Assembly (NCBI RefSeq): GCF_009914755.1
Contig: NC_060926.1
Length of the DNA stretch: 64,000 nt
Direction: 5' to 3' (one strand)
Source of the DNA: the human T2T-CHM13v2.0 reference genome, Homo sapiens
Each line of letters opens with the position of its first letter. Position 1 is the stretch's first letter. Under the pieces are notes generated by a model. That model was not told the DNA's origin. It saw nothing but the letters and a program-made list of their open reading frames with translations, and searched no databases. Shown here piece by piece: positions 45,844 to 58,160 of the stretch. Position numbers and translations under genes: made by a program.

Positions 45844-47012
45844 AGGAAGAGTAAATCTTATTATCTAGGAAGCTATATCGAACTAAAAGTTATTTTATTT
45901 TGTATATGTTTTTTCCTGTTTTATTTCTAAAAATAAAATTGCTATATAAGTATAGTTAAAATTCTGTTTATATATGTGTATGTGTGTACACATATATGTG
46001 TATGTAAACTACATAGATCATTTGAAGACCCATAGAGTTTCTAACTTAATGAGGATGAGAGAGAAAACAAGCAAAGGCGATGGTATCCCATCTTACTGCA
46101 CTGATGGGAGGCTATTATCATGATTGATACAGTGAGCTTGCTTTGAAGTTACATTGATTGTCAACCAACTGAATAAACATTCCATCCAAACTTAGGCCAC
46201 ATAGCTCCTCATTTGCTTTCAACAAAAATAATCTGCAGTGTGTTTATTTTCTCTTTTTGTTTGCATGTTTGTTTGCCTAAACCCTTGTTTTAGATGGACT
46301 CATGAAAGATAGGGTGGTGTCTATTTATTATGGTAAATTCGATATTTTCTGAGCTTCAGGTCTTCTAATTAAGTCATTACCTAGCTTTATTTAACATAGT
46401 GGTTCATTTAATTTTAAAAATAATTGTGCTACCAAAAAACCTTGAATAAAATAAATGTTTTATGAACTGAATCCCACTTTAAGTATATCCAAGTTCATTT
46501 AAGTGAATATTTTTAAAGCTAATAAAACTTCAATACTTTTTAATGCAAAGTTGTGGACACATAGTAGATACCCAATCATAATATTTATATGATTGATATT
46601 GCCCTCCCCTGCCCAGGAAAAAAACTTCTAATTTACCTAGTTTTTCTTTTTGTTATATTTAAATCTTAGAAGCTTATATTAGGTTTTCCAAAGGTAAGAC
46701 ACACCTGCATATATCTTTTAACGGCTTAATTTTCCACTTGCCTCAACATCACATTTCCTATTAGAGCCCTGAAGGCATTCTCTGTTTCTCTGTTTCCTGT
46801 AGCTTTGCTAGTTTTCTTCCGGTGAACTAAGATTTTTCGGGCACTCTATTTTCAATGTACTTTAAACTTCTGACTCTACTCTCTGAATTTTCCTGCTTCT
46901 CTTTAAACTTGAGTCAAGCTGTCAACACCACTTATTGAATGCCTGCTGTGAAAAAGATACAAAAGGAATCAAGACAACATTTTCTTTTCTAGGAGAATGT
47001 ACAATCTACTTG

Positions 47013-47340
47013 ATGAGACAGACTATACATTCCCATTAAAATAGACTAAAACATGCCAAAATAGCTTGAAATAAGAATGTATTAATTAAGTATATAAGTG
47101 TTAATATGTACTGTGAAAGAATGCTATGTTCTATAGTACTGAGAGAGACTGATATGGAAATTCCTTTTACATCTGAGTTTTGAATCTCAGGCCTATCAGA
47201 TGTCATGCCCTTTTACATAACAAATATTTTATGATACTCCCATTATTATCCTAAAATGAAATTAATAAATGATAAAATCTAACAATGAGCATAATTTTAA
47301 TGAAATTAATATAATGCTACATAAAAGAGAATAAAACAAA
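47013..47340 (+). repeat. Local dispersed duplication, copy 1
   Basis: Aligns by eye with 48824-49143. Confidence 0.93.
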
Positions 47341-47569
47341 AATAATTCATTATCAGATAACATGTATTTTAAAATAAAACTCGTCAGACATGCACACTAG
47401 CTGACAACATAGTGTCAGATGATACTTCTCCCGTTGAGAATAATGGGAAGTAGGAAAACAGATCTTTAATGAACAATAGGCCGAGCATTACAGAGCCTTC
47501 TTGTTTCAATTTCATTGGTTTCCAAACCTTATTTGCTTCAAAATCATATGAGAGAACTTCTGATTTATC

Positions 47570-47805
47570 TACATAACACATGCTTACATCGTGCTTACTA
47601 TGCCTGAAAGTGTTATAAACACTCTACAGATATTACCTCATTTAATCCACTTAACAACCCTTTAACATAGTTCTATTATTGCTTCCATTTTATAGATTAA
47701 GAAACAGAGGCATTGAAAGATTAAGTGATTTACCCTGGTCACAAAGCTAATAAATATAGAAGACAAGGTTAAAATCTAAGTCTTCTGGTTTCAGGGTACA
47801 TGCTA
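47570..47805 (-). mobile_element. MIR
   Basis: ccattttatagattaagaaacagaggc...taagtgatttaccctggtcaca. Confidence 0.8.
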
Positions 47806-48589
47806 AGGAGCATGTGGATACAGCAGCAGTCTAAATCCCCATTCCCAATCATTTTGATTCAGCAAATCTGGGGTAGGGACAAAGAAATCTATATGTAAGT
47901 GAATAAGACTTTTACATATAGTGAGAAGGGCATTGTCTGGTATTTGAGAACCACAGCACTAAACCACAACTCAGTCGGGAGCTACAAGAAGGAGACCTAT
48001 ATGGCTATACTCAAATCTCTGTAGTGGAGTATACAGAGAAACCTAGGAAGAACAGTGAGTCGGGGACTATTTAGACAGAACCTTGAAAGCCAGGCTAATG
48101 CACATCACTTTTATAAAATGGTCAATAGGGAACTATGTATTGCACAAAAGAATGAAATATATTGAAAACGCAGCATCGGCGGAAGAGTATGAACAGCATT
48201 AATAAACATGAAAATGTAAGTATAATGCATTCAGTAAACACATAAAAGTAATAAATCTGAAGCTGGAAAAAGCACACTGGGTTATATGCATGACGTGAAA
48301 AAAATGACAGTATTATCTAACTAGTCATTGAACAGCTTTCAATTATGAGGTGAGCAAGCCAATTAGAGAATTGCAAGATCATAAATGGATCATGGGCACT
48401 AGGAGTTAGAAAGTGCTTTTGAGAGCATTTTTTGGAGATTACAAACCCAAACATTATGGGATCAGGCAGACAAGGAAGCAGAATACTTGTAACGCAGTAG
48501 CCAGTAGTAGAGAGAGTATCAAATGAGAATGTTCATAGAGGACAGCTGTGACTCTGCTCCAGGCAATTACTCCATGATTATGCTACTTG

Positions 48590-48661
48590 TTATTTATTTA
48601 TTTAGTTAGTTAGTTAGTTAGCTATTTATTTATTTATTTATTTAGTTAGTTAGTTAGTTAG
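48590..48661. repeat. Compound (TTTA)n/(TTAG)n microsatellite
   Basis: Two alternating blocks of tatt and tagt units. Confidence 0.92.
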
Positions 48662-48823
48662 GAGTTATTCTGACTTTTAAAGAAAAGCCAGAAATTCAGA
48701 TTTTAATCAAATAATTCACATCCCACCATGTTACCCTCAAAGATATTTTGGAAATGTTATCATATAATTGTTGAAATAAAGCCTTTTTCACCTCTTCTAG
48801 TTTTTATAATGTATCAAAATGGT

Positions 48824-49143
48824 ATGAGACAGAATGTACATTCCCATTAAAACCGACTAAAATATGCCAAAATAGCTTGAAATAATCATGTATTAATTTA
48901 GTATAAGTGTTATATGTATTATGAAAGAATGCTATGTTATATAGTATTGAGAAAGATTGATTTGGAAACTCCCTTTACATCTGAGTTTTGAGTCTCAGGC
49001 CTATCAGATGTCATGCCTTTTTACATAACAAATATTGTATGATACTCCCATTATTGTCCTGAAATTAAATTAATGATAAAATCATAATTTTTATGAAATT
49101 AATATAATGTCTTATCTGCAACATAAAAGAAAATAGAACAAAA
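48824..49143 (+). repeat. Local dispersed duplication, copy 2
   Basis: Aligns by eye with 47013-47340. Confidence 0.93.
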
Positions 49144-49329
49144 GTTTTCTATAGTCACTGCTAGTGACTATAAAAATAGGGACTTTATAAGGCATTTCTG
49201 GATGCTCTTTTACCAATTCCTCACTTATGACAGGCTAAAATAAACAAAATTGGCTGTTCCACCTCTAGTGATCCCTGCACTCATAATGCCTCATGATAAT
49301 AAACTATATGACCTGGGAATCATAAAAAA

Positions 49330-49505
49330 TTAGGTCCAGACTCATGTCTTTTATTTAATAAGCATGTGACCTCTACCAATTTACTTGAATTTCTGTGCCT
49401 ACTATATAAATTGGAGCTTATAATTCCTAATCTATGTTCCTTATCAGGTTGCTATCAAAAACAAATGATACAATATATATGAAGCATATTGAAGCCCTGA
49501 ACAAA
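49330..49505 (+). mobile_element. MIR
   Basis: atgtgacctc...ttacttgaatttctgtgcct...gttgctatcaaaaacaaatgatac. Confidence 0.6.
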
Positions 49506-49603
49506 TGCAGTACATTGTGAATATTACTGGACTGGAAATTAGGGAATCTAGTCAATTAGTACCTAGATTGATTTTCTTGTAAAATGAGAAGGTTGATCTA
49601 GAG

Positions 49604-49908
49604 CAGTGATCTCTAACAGAAATGTAATGTGAGCCACATATGTAACTTTAAATATTCTAGAACCTAAATTGAAAAAGGAAAAATAATAGATAAAATTAAT
49701 TTTAATAATTATTTAATCAATGTATCCAAAATATAATGTCAAAATATAATTAATATAAAATTATTACTGAGAAATTTTACATTTCTCATGCAAAATATTT
49801 GACATCTGCTATGTATTTTATATTTACAGCACACTACAATTTCGATTAGTCACATTTTAAGTGCTTGAAAGCCACAGATGGTAGTGACTACTGTAATAGA
49901 CTGTACAG
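49604..49908. mobile_element. MER33 hAT-Charlie MITE inserted in a MIR3-like core
   Basis: cagtgatctctaacagaaatgtaatgtgagccacat... with 8-bp TSD atctagag/atctagat. Confidence 0.82.
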
Positions 49909-52148
49909 ATCTAGATAATGACCGAGGTCCCCTCAACTCTACCTTAGTGTATAACTCATTATTATATATCTCATTGTGTCTCCATGTTTTTAAATGGCTA
50001 AAGCTTAAATTTCCATCAAGACAAATTAAATTAGGACTTGAAATTTTTTTAAATTAGGAGTGTAAAAACCTTGCAAAATGATTCTTTTCCACTCCCATAG
50101 AAAAAGATAAGAATTTCAGTATGTAAATAATGACACTTGATATATTTTAAACTGATATAGTCAAAATTAAAAATTTATTCAACAGAAAACTGATTCAGAC
50201 CTTTCATTGTTTAGAAGGGGCATACACAATTTCATTCATATGAGCTACTTGCTATATTTGTTGTCAAATCAATTGAATGCCAGACATACAATTGAATTTT
50301 GAAATCATCACTTTGCTCCAGGAGATAGCTACCACCACATTGACACAAAGAATTTATGTCGTGCAGGTACATCTATCAATATAGTGAAGAAGAAAAAAGA
50401 TGCAGAGAAAAACTGCCTTAATTCTTTTTTTTGGCATATTGAAATATTGTCTTTCTTTCTGAACATCTTACAATAATTTTTTACAGGATGCAATGGGATC
50501 CCATCAGATTCCTTAGCTAACAGAACCTTGACCCAAAGTGCAGGCAATGAGTTAATGAATTAACTCAACACCGGCTTTCAGTCCTGAAAGTAAGATGAAA
50601 CTTTCTGATGCTTAGAAGCAATGATTGCAGAGATTTCCCCTTGGCCTTCTTTAGGACCAATTCTTAAGTCTGTAAGCATTATATTTGTGTTATAAAGAAT
50701 GCCCTAAATTCTACTTGTCATGCAGAGAATGCTGCTGATGCAATGCTGTGGCCCAATCTAGAGGGCACCATTTACATTTAATTCTACAGAAGCTGCTGTC
50801 ATGAGAGATAAATGGGTGTTTGCAATGTGGCAACTTTAATTGACTCTATTTCTCCCAAGAATGTTTAAACATATCGTCTATGTAAATGTATCCCAGTTCG
50901 GTATCCATTAGCCCAAACTGTTTAGTTTAGAGGCACCTATACATAGTTTCTTCCTGTAAGTTTTCCAAGTACATATATATAGCCACTTGTTTTACACTTC
51001 ATATTTCCCCATCTGAGAGTCCTAATTCTTTTAATATTTAGCTAAGAAGCTCTCACTCATCATCCTCTATAGTTGATTAAAATAGCAATGAAGCACCTTC
51101 CTTTCTTTACCCTACAGACACTGTTTGAAATATAAATATCAGTGAAAAAAATAGCCGGAGGTAAATTATCCACAAAATGGCACTTCATAGCTAATCACAT
51201 ATTTGCTAATTTTATTATACTGTTTCTATCACAAGTAAATGAAGCAATCTTGTAGAAATGTATTATGTGCATTCTATCAATGAAAACATAAAGTTCACTT
51301 TATCACAATTAGCATTACTAAAATCAGAATATTATTTAATCATATGAATTACATATATTTTTATTTGCACATCTACTCTAAAACAAGATACAAAGTGGAG
51401 CGTGTGTGTGAATTTGGCATACAGTCTGCCATTAGTCCGAAAACTATAATTTCTTTGGAACTGAAAATCTCATTCAAAGTGATACAAGAAAAGAATAACA
51501 AAAGTTAAAGATCTAGGACTAGATCTAAAACTCTCCAGTAAGAAAATCTCACTTCTTAGAATGTGAACAATTTTTAATAAAAGCTATGCATGTGTACAAA
51601 AGAGCAAGAGATAAGACGCAAAAACAAAATAGAAAAGAGCAATGATATTCAAACAAGTGATATCAAGGTGGTGTTTATTTTTAGTTGTTTCTTTCTATCA
51701 AGCTTCGTTCTTAAATACTTTTTTCACCCTGAAGAGAAAGAACTAGGCAGCATGTGCAGATCCAGGCCTTTACTCTCTTCTTCTCATAGGGCAGGTATTG
51801 TACTGGTGAAGTCAAAAGATATGTCCATTGCATGAGGAGGATTAAGAGACTTATAACAATTAGAAAGTGAAGAGTGTCTGAGAGGTTTTTTAAAAAAATG
51901 AATGATGATTACCTTGTCCCTTCATATTCCAGGAAGTTGAAATCAACATTTGCCTCTTTCACTTACTTCATTGCCTCTATTAGCAAGAAATCTGCTTTCT
52001 TAATTAATCAGCTTTTATGATGTAGAAAAATGTCAGGAGCTAAGAAAAAATCAGATGAGGTCATGTCCTTGAATATTTTGGGAATAATTTGGGATAAAGA
52101 AAACAGAATAGTTAATTACTTCTTAAACTGCAACTTTATTTATATATA

Positions 52149-52474
52149 TTTTTTTTGGAGACAGGGTCCTACTCTGTTGCCCAGGTTGGAGTACAGTGGT
52201 GTGATCATGGCTCGCTGCAGCTCCGACCTTCCCAGGTTCAGCTGATCCTCCCACCTTAGCCTCCTGAGTAGCTAGGACTACAGGTGCATGTGACCACACC
52301 TGGCTAATTTTTTTATTTCTATTTTTATTTATTTATTTATTCATTTATTTATTTTGGTACAGACACGGTTTCACCATGTTGCCCAGGCTGACCACGAACT
52401 CCCGGGCTCAAGCAATCCACTTGCCTCAGCCTCTCAAAGTGCTGGGATTACAGGTGTGAGCCCCTATGCTGGCC
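52149..52474 (-). mobile_element. AluJo
   Basis: gagacagggtcc, gatcatggctc, gggctcaagcaatcc; expanded (TTTA)n linker. Confidence 0.9.
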
Positions 52475-52879
52475 ATTTTGCAATTTTAGATGGCTTACTT
52501 TGACATATAAAACTTCTATAATGAATTTGGAAAAAGCTTTGTTCCCTCCAGATTTCACAGAAGCCTCACAAATGCATAATAAAAATAATGAAAAATTTGT
52601 CTGTGTGAACCATAAATTTAAAATAAATTTGAGAATGCACTGTAAATTTATATCAAATTTACAGATATAGATATCAATTGTATACAATGGTAGTTTCTAA
52701 TATACCTTCACTCTGTGGAATGCATGTTATCTACTCTGGAAACAAATGAATTTTATGTTTAACTATCCTTTCTACCCTCTTAATAATAGTTAAATGAATT
52801 ATTATAAAAGTATTTAAATATGTTCAAGACTCTCTTACCATTTAACAGACCAAACCCCTAATCCTAGTATTCCCCTATA

Positions 52880-54215
52880 GCTACAATGATAAGTTTTTTT
52901 CTCTCTCTTGATTTATCTAAACTCACTGTAACCATTTCTTTACCTATCATTCATTGTTCAACCACTCAAATCTGTCATACTCAGTTCCCCATATCAAAAC
53001 CACTCTCATAAAATTAATGATTTTCAAATTGTGCAATCCAGTGAAATTTTCTATTCACATAACACTTGATCTCTATATGACATTTGATACTACTGAGCAG
53101 GGTTCTCTTATTCTGAGTGATCTCTTCACTTGACTTCCATGGTATCTCATTCTCCAGGTGTGGCTCCCATCTCTCTAGCCACTAAGATTCATACTTCTTT
53201 GCAGATTTGCCATTCTGTAACTGGACTGTATATATGGAAACTCCTTAAGGCCTACGTTGATGATTTCCAAATTTGTACCTCTGGGACCAGAAACTTAAAG
53301 CAAGCAGCTTACTCACACTTTTGCTCTTGGATGTCTTAAAATAATACCACAAATGCAATAGTTCTGAGAGAAAGTTTTAAACTCCTCAATCTGAAATAAA
53401 ATCTTGTTATCGTTTAGTGTTCCATATCTCACCAAATAGGCCTATCATTCATGTAATTGAGCAAGTCTAGATTACAGGAATCATCTTTGAATTCTCCCTC
53501 TATCTCTTTAATTCACTCCTTTCTACATCTACTCTACATGCTCTAGTCTCACCTAAACTACCATGTTCGCCTCCTTAATAGTGTCATTCTATCCACTTGA
53601 TTCATCCCACCATTCCTCAGAAACTTTTTACCCTAAAGTTGAAGCAAACCTAATAATTTAAATGTGATCTGGTAAGACTCCTGCCTAAAATCTTCAATAG
53701 TTCCCTATTGAACATAGGACAAAAACCAGAATCCTCAAAGCAGGCTCTGAGGATCCCCAAAATTTGCTCGTTCCAGACAACTTTTTCAGCTTCATTTCAC
53801 ACCCTACACTTCTCCCATTCTATTCTTCAGCCATCCTGGCCTTTTGATTCCTAGAGCTCACCATGCAAGCACCAGCCACAGGGTCATTTCACATGCTATT
53901 CCTATGTGTAAAGAGACATGCCATCTTCACACCAACCCTACAAAGTTCTTACTTAACTCTAACTCACTCTGTAGACCATAGCTTGAGACTCTCCCTTGGA
54001 GAAATTTCCCTGACAATCATGTCTGTGTGATATTCCTTGGTTATACACTGATGCAGGACTGTTTCTTTCCTTCAGGAAACCTATCAAAATGTCTTACTAT
54101 GTTTGTCTTGGGGTCATATTTTTAATGGCCAACTTCCCTGATACCCTGTAAGTTCCAGGAAAGCAGAATTTCTGATTTTACTCACTGTATATCTCTAATG
54201 TTTAGGTTCTTACTG
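52880..54215 (+). mobile_element. L2 ORF2 to 3' fragment
   Basis: ORF 53130-53339 has YVDDFQI (RT YADD motif). L2-like 3' sequence follows. Confidence 0.75.
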
Positions 54216-55261
54216 GCGAGGTTCTCATTTGCTTTTAAATTACAATATTTTCATTTGTAGAACATCAGTAAATGGTATTTGAAAGAAAATAAGTTGACAA
54301 TATGTATAATTACATACCAATACCAATATCCCATCTTATGCCATGCTATATAATGTAATATTGTTTAGATCCTGTTAATTAGGAAAAGCAACCATAGAAA
54401 TGTAGATGTAAACCTGTAACTCATAAAGATGGAGCTAATAATAACTTCAGAACCAATAACAACTTTACTATCATAAGTATAGATTATTTTTACTGTACTT
54501 ATAACATAAACATTCTAAAATTGCAGAAAAATTTAGCGAAAACCTAGGCACACACAAAAAATTATGCCTACTTTAAATTCGGCAGGCACTTAGCTTAATT
54601 CTCAGTTTTTTTCTCCCCACTGTGAACTTACAAAAATCATTCTGTCCAGATTTTATCTCTTGATCAAGAAAACTTTTTGAAAGAGCTACCAAGTATAAAA
54701 TGCATATTCTGGTTAGTTTTTTTTTTTTTTTCTCAAGCTCTGTGAGTAGAGAAAAACTCCCAGGATAGTGGTGGAGATAAATTATTTTGCTTAGTTTGGT
54801 TCAGTGAGAATCTCATAGTTGCCAACCTCAACACTTCCAAAGGTTACCCTTGTCAAAGCAGGTGCTCTAAGCTTAGTGCTTATAGGCAAAGATGGGCCCT
54901 TAAGTCTCATGGCATTGGGTCTAAAAGTAAAATTAATGTAAATAGATAAACAATAGTTTGATTGTTACCCAATGATTTAATACATAGTTATTGAACATTG
55001 TCTGGAGTTTATGCAATAGTTACTGATAAAGTATTTAGTGTACAAGTAATAAATACTTTACAGCTAGGCCAAATACAAGTATCTTAACCTGTGATCACCT
55101 AGCAGAAATAGAGCGAGATGGAGAGGCAGAATATAAATCCAAAAATTGATTCAAAAATCAACAGCCAATAAAAATAGTCAAAATGAGTATAAGTCCTACA
55201 TAAGAAGAAAAGGCCAACACTTAAGAAGTCCAGATGCAGGGAGAGAACAAGAAGAATACCA

Positions 55262-55705
55262 CTGTAAAATGAGGTAGACTGTACAATTGCTCTCCTGTCC
55301 TATGAGAGGACTATACATCCGCACAGGTTGCCGTGAGCTTTCAGTGTATTTCTGTAGGCAGAATTTACTTCTTGCCTCATTGCTAAGCTAGGCCATTTGA
55401 CTTACATTGGTCAATCAAGTGGGAGAAGAAACATTTGCCCATTCTGAGCATAGGATTTATAAACCATTCCATGCTTCTGTTAGCACTTTTGCTTTTTTCT
55501 CTCTGCTACAAGATGTGTAAATCAAAATTAGGGGCTGCTTCTTCAACCTGGATATTGGAATGAAGAAGACACAAGAGCCACCTGACCTGTGACCACTGCA
55601 GCTCCTGTAGTCAACAAATACCATTCATGAGAAATATACCTATACTGTGAGTCAATGAGATTCGGAGATTGTTACTCCAGCCTTACCCAGTGGAAGCAAA
55701 CTGAT
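55262..55705 (+). mobile_element. Ancient MLT1 (I/J-like) LTR
   Basis: ctgcttcttcaacctgga...gagattcggagattgttactccagc. Confidence 0.5.
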
Positions 55706-56090
55706 CCACTGTGCATCTACCAGGACTACTGTTTTTGTGTGTAATCTAGAGAACTTCACCAAGTCAGGATTGGAATCTTTAAGAAGTCAGGTCTGGACAA
55801 GCATGAGCAAGGCTTTGTGCAGAGGCTTGAAAGAAAGGGGGTTATTTTTGCTTTTAGGGAATATATCTTTCATTTGGGAGAACTTTATGATTTCACTAGG
55901 CTGTGAATAAAGACTGCAACATGAAGGAATAAAATACCAGAAAACTTTAGGGCTTACTCTCTTCAGAGAGAAATCGTGAGATGTTTCATAGGAAAATTAG
56001 AATTTAATGTGAACTTTGAAGGAGGGCAAGATCAACTCCTGTAGGTGAATAGGAGGAATATTCACATTCCTGTGACTGTAAGTACGTAAG

Positions 56091-56732
56091 TGATATATGA
56101 GTTAAAAATAAATTATTTAGGCAGATAGTGAGGGTAACGAAGTCCTTGGTAAGGTTTTTCTTTTAATGAAAAGCAGCCCCCAAATCATTTTCTTTTCTAA
56201 CAAAAAGCAGCCTATAAAATCAAGCTTCAGACATAGACAAGCAAACTGGAAGCCTGCACAGGTGAACGCCAGCAGTTGTGCCAATAGGAAAAGGCTACCT
56301 GGGACAAGGCATCTTCCAAATGGCGGCTCCATCTTCCCTTTTCCTTTCCAATCATGTGTGCAGTAGGGAGCAGACAACATGGCACCAGCCAAGTAGAAAG
56401 CCCCTTTGCATAAGAAGAAGATTAGGGTGGGGTGGCCCGCTTCCCCGCAGCGATGTAAATGTCACACCTGGTTCAACCAATCTGTGGGCCAATGTAAATA
56501 AAACACAGAGGCTCCTTAAGCCTGCCTATATAATCCAGTGCACTCCACTGCCAGCGAGAGGTCCCACAGGGGTGCCCCTCTATCTCGCAGAAGAGACAGC
56601 TATTCTCCTTTCTCTTTCTTTTGCCTATTAAACCTCTGCTCTTAAACTCACTCCTTGTGTGTGTCTGTGTCCTTAATTTCCTTGGCATGAGGCAATGAAT
56701 CTCAGGTATTTACCCCAGACAATGCTGCTTCA
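56091..56732 (+). mobile_element. ERV1 solo LTR, MER50-like
   Basis: TG...CA ends and TSD TAAG (56087-56090, 56733-56736). Contains a YY1-like aaatggcggc, a CCAAT, a TATA-like tatataa and an ATTAAA signal. Confidence 0.88.
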
Positions 56733-57621
56733 TAAGCAAAGTTACAACCTAGGAGGGAAACATAGGTAAACATCTAAGAGTGAAGGCTTCAAATAAGAGA
56801 GGATATGAAAACTGGAAATAAAGGCCAAGATCAATTGTACAGTGCCTTTAATTCCAAACTATAGAACATCAATGTTGAGTTTTACCAATTAATTCTCACA
56901 GACACCTGAAAATGACATCAAAAAGTTATCATTAGGCCCTTTCCAATATCTCTGGACAGTGATCTGATTTCAGTTTCCCTGTCTTGAGCCACAACCCAGA
57001 ATAGAATAATTAAACTCAGGAAACTCATACATGGCCTAGTGTTCAGTGAAATCTTTTAGGCATATCTTTAGACAATCAGCTACTGCTCCTTCAGAATTAC
57101 AAAACTCTGATTTCCAGTGTAGATCTCTGTAGAAACCTGCTGTTTTAAATGCCCAAATAGGAAATGGAGCAATATGAAGCCATTATATACAACATTTCAA
57201 TTAGCTGTTACTATATATCTATGTACATGTGTTTTTTAATGGTGAATTTTAAGTAATACTAGGCAAAAATATATGCTTTTTAAGGATTACTTTAAATTGC
57301 CCATAATTCTATATAACAAGTATTTGATTTAGTAAGCTATTCTTTTCCTTCCACTATTACAATTATCTTACCTTCTCTGTGGAAAATAAATTGGAAGGAA
57401 AATAATACAGATTGTAACTCTGCAACTTTATAAATGAGGTTTCAAACATACAAAAATATTTTTATTAAGTGTTATAGCTACAGTTTCTAGTGCTAAATGT
57501 GTTTTGTTACATAGAATATTCAACAACTGTAAAGACAATATTGCAATGCTAATTTAACAGTTCAGTACTTCTTGTGTTATTATCTCAGGTCACCTCCTTA
57601 ATATTTCATTAACATTCTAAT

Positions 57622-57661
57622 AATATTTAGTGTACATTATAAATATTTAGTGTACATTATA
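57622..57661. repeat. 20-bp perfect tandem duplication
   Basis: aatatttagtgtacattata twice. Confidence 0.95.
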
Positions 57662-58160
57662 AACATCACTATGAATTTTCATGCATCTCTTCTTTAGAAA
57701 ATCATGAGAGTGATGCTAAAATATTAGGTTGGAATTAACTGGTTTGAAGTAATTTACTCAGTAAGAGTGCTTAGGACTGACTCAAAACCATTTTATAATC
57801 AATTAACTCTGTGTCTATATACATGCAGTATGAAACGAAGAATAAAAGCAATTTTCTAAATAATTCAGGCCAAACTGTAAGATCTATTGCTTGTTCATTT
57901 ATTTTGCTTGTTTGGTTATTTGGTTATTTTTTGTGCTAAAATTACATGTAGCCTGAATACCACAAAGGTATTAATCTATAGTTAACACTTTGCATTAGAT
58001 ATGTAGACATGATATCTATGCTAATTATGTTTTTGTGTAAACAGAAAAAGTTACAAATATAATCTCAGTAATTTCCAGAAGACTCTTATTATTGTGCCTA
58101 TATTACAATATCAAAGAAAAAAGATTTTCTTTAAACAAATACAATGGTTACAGTGGACCT

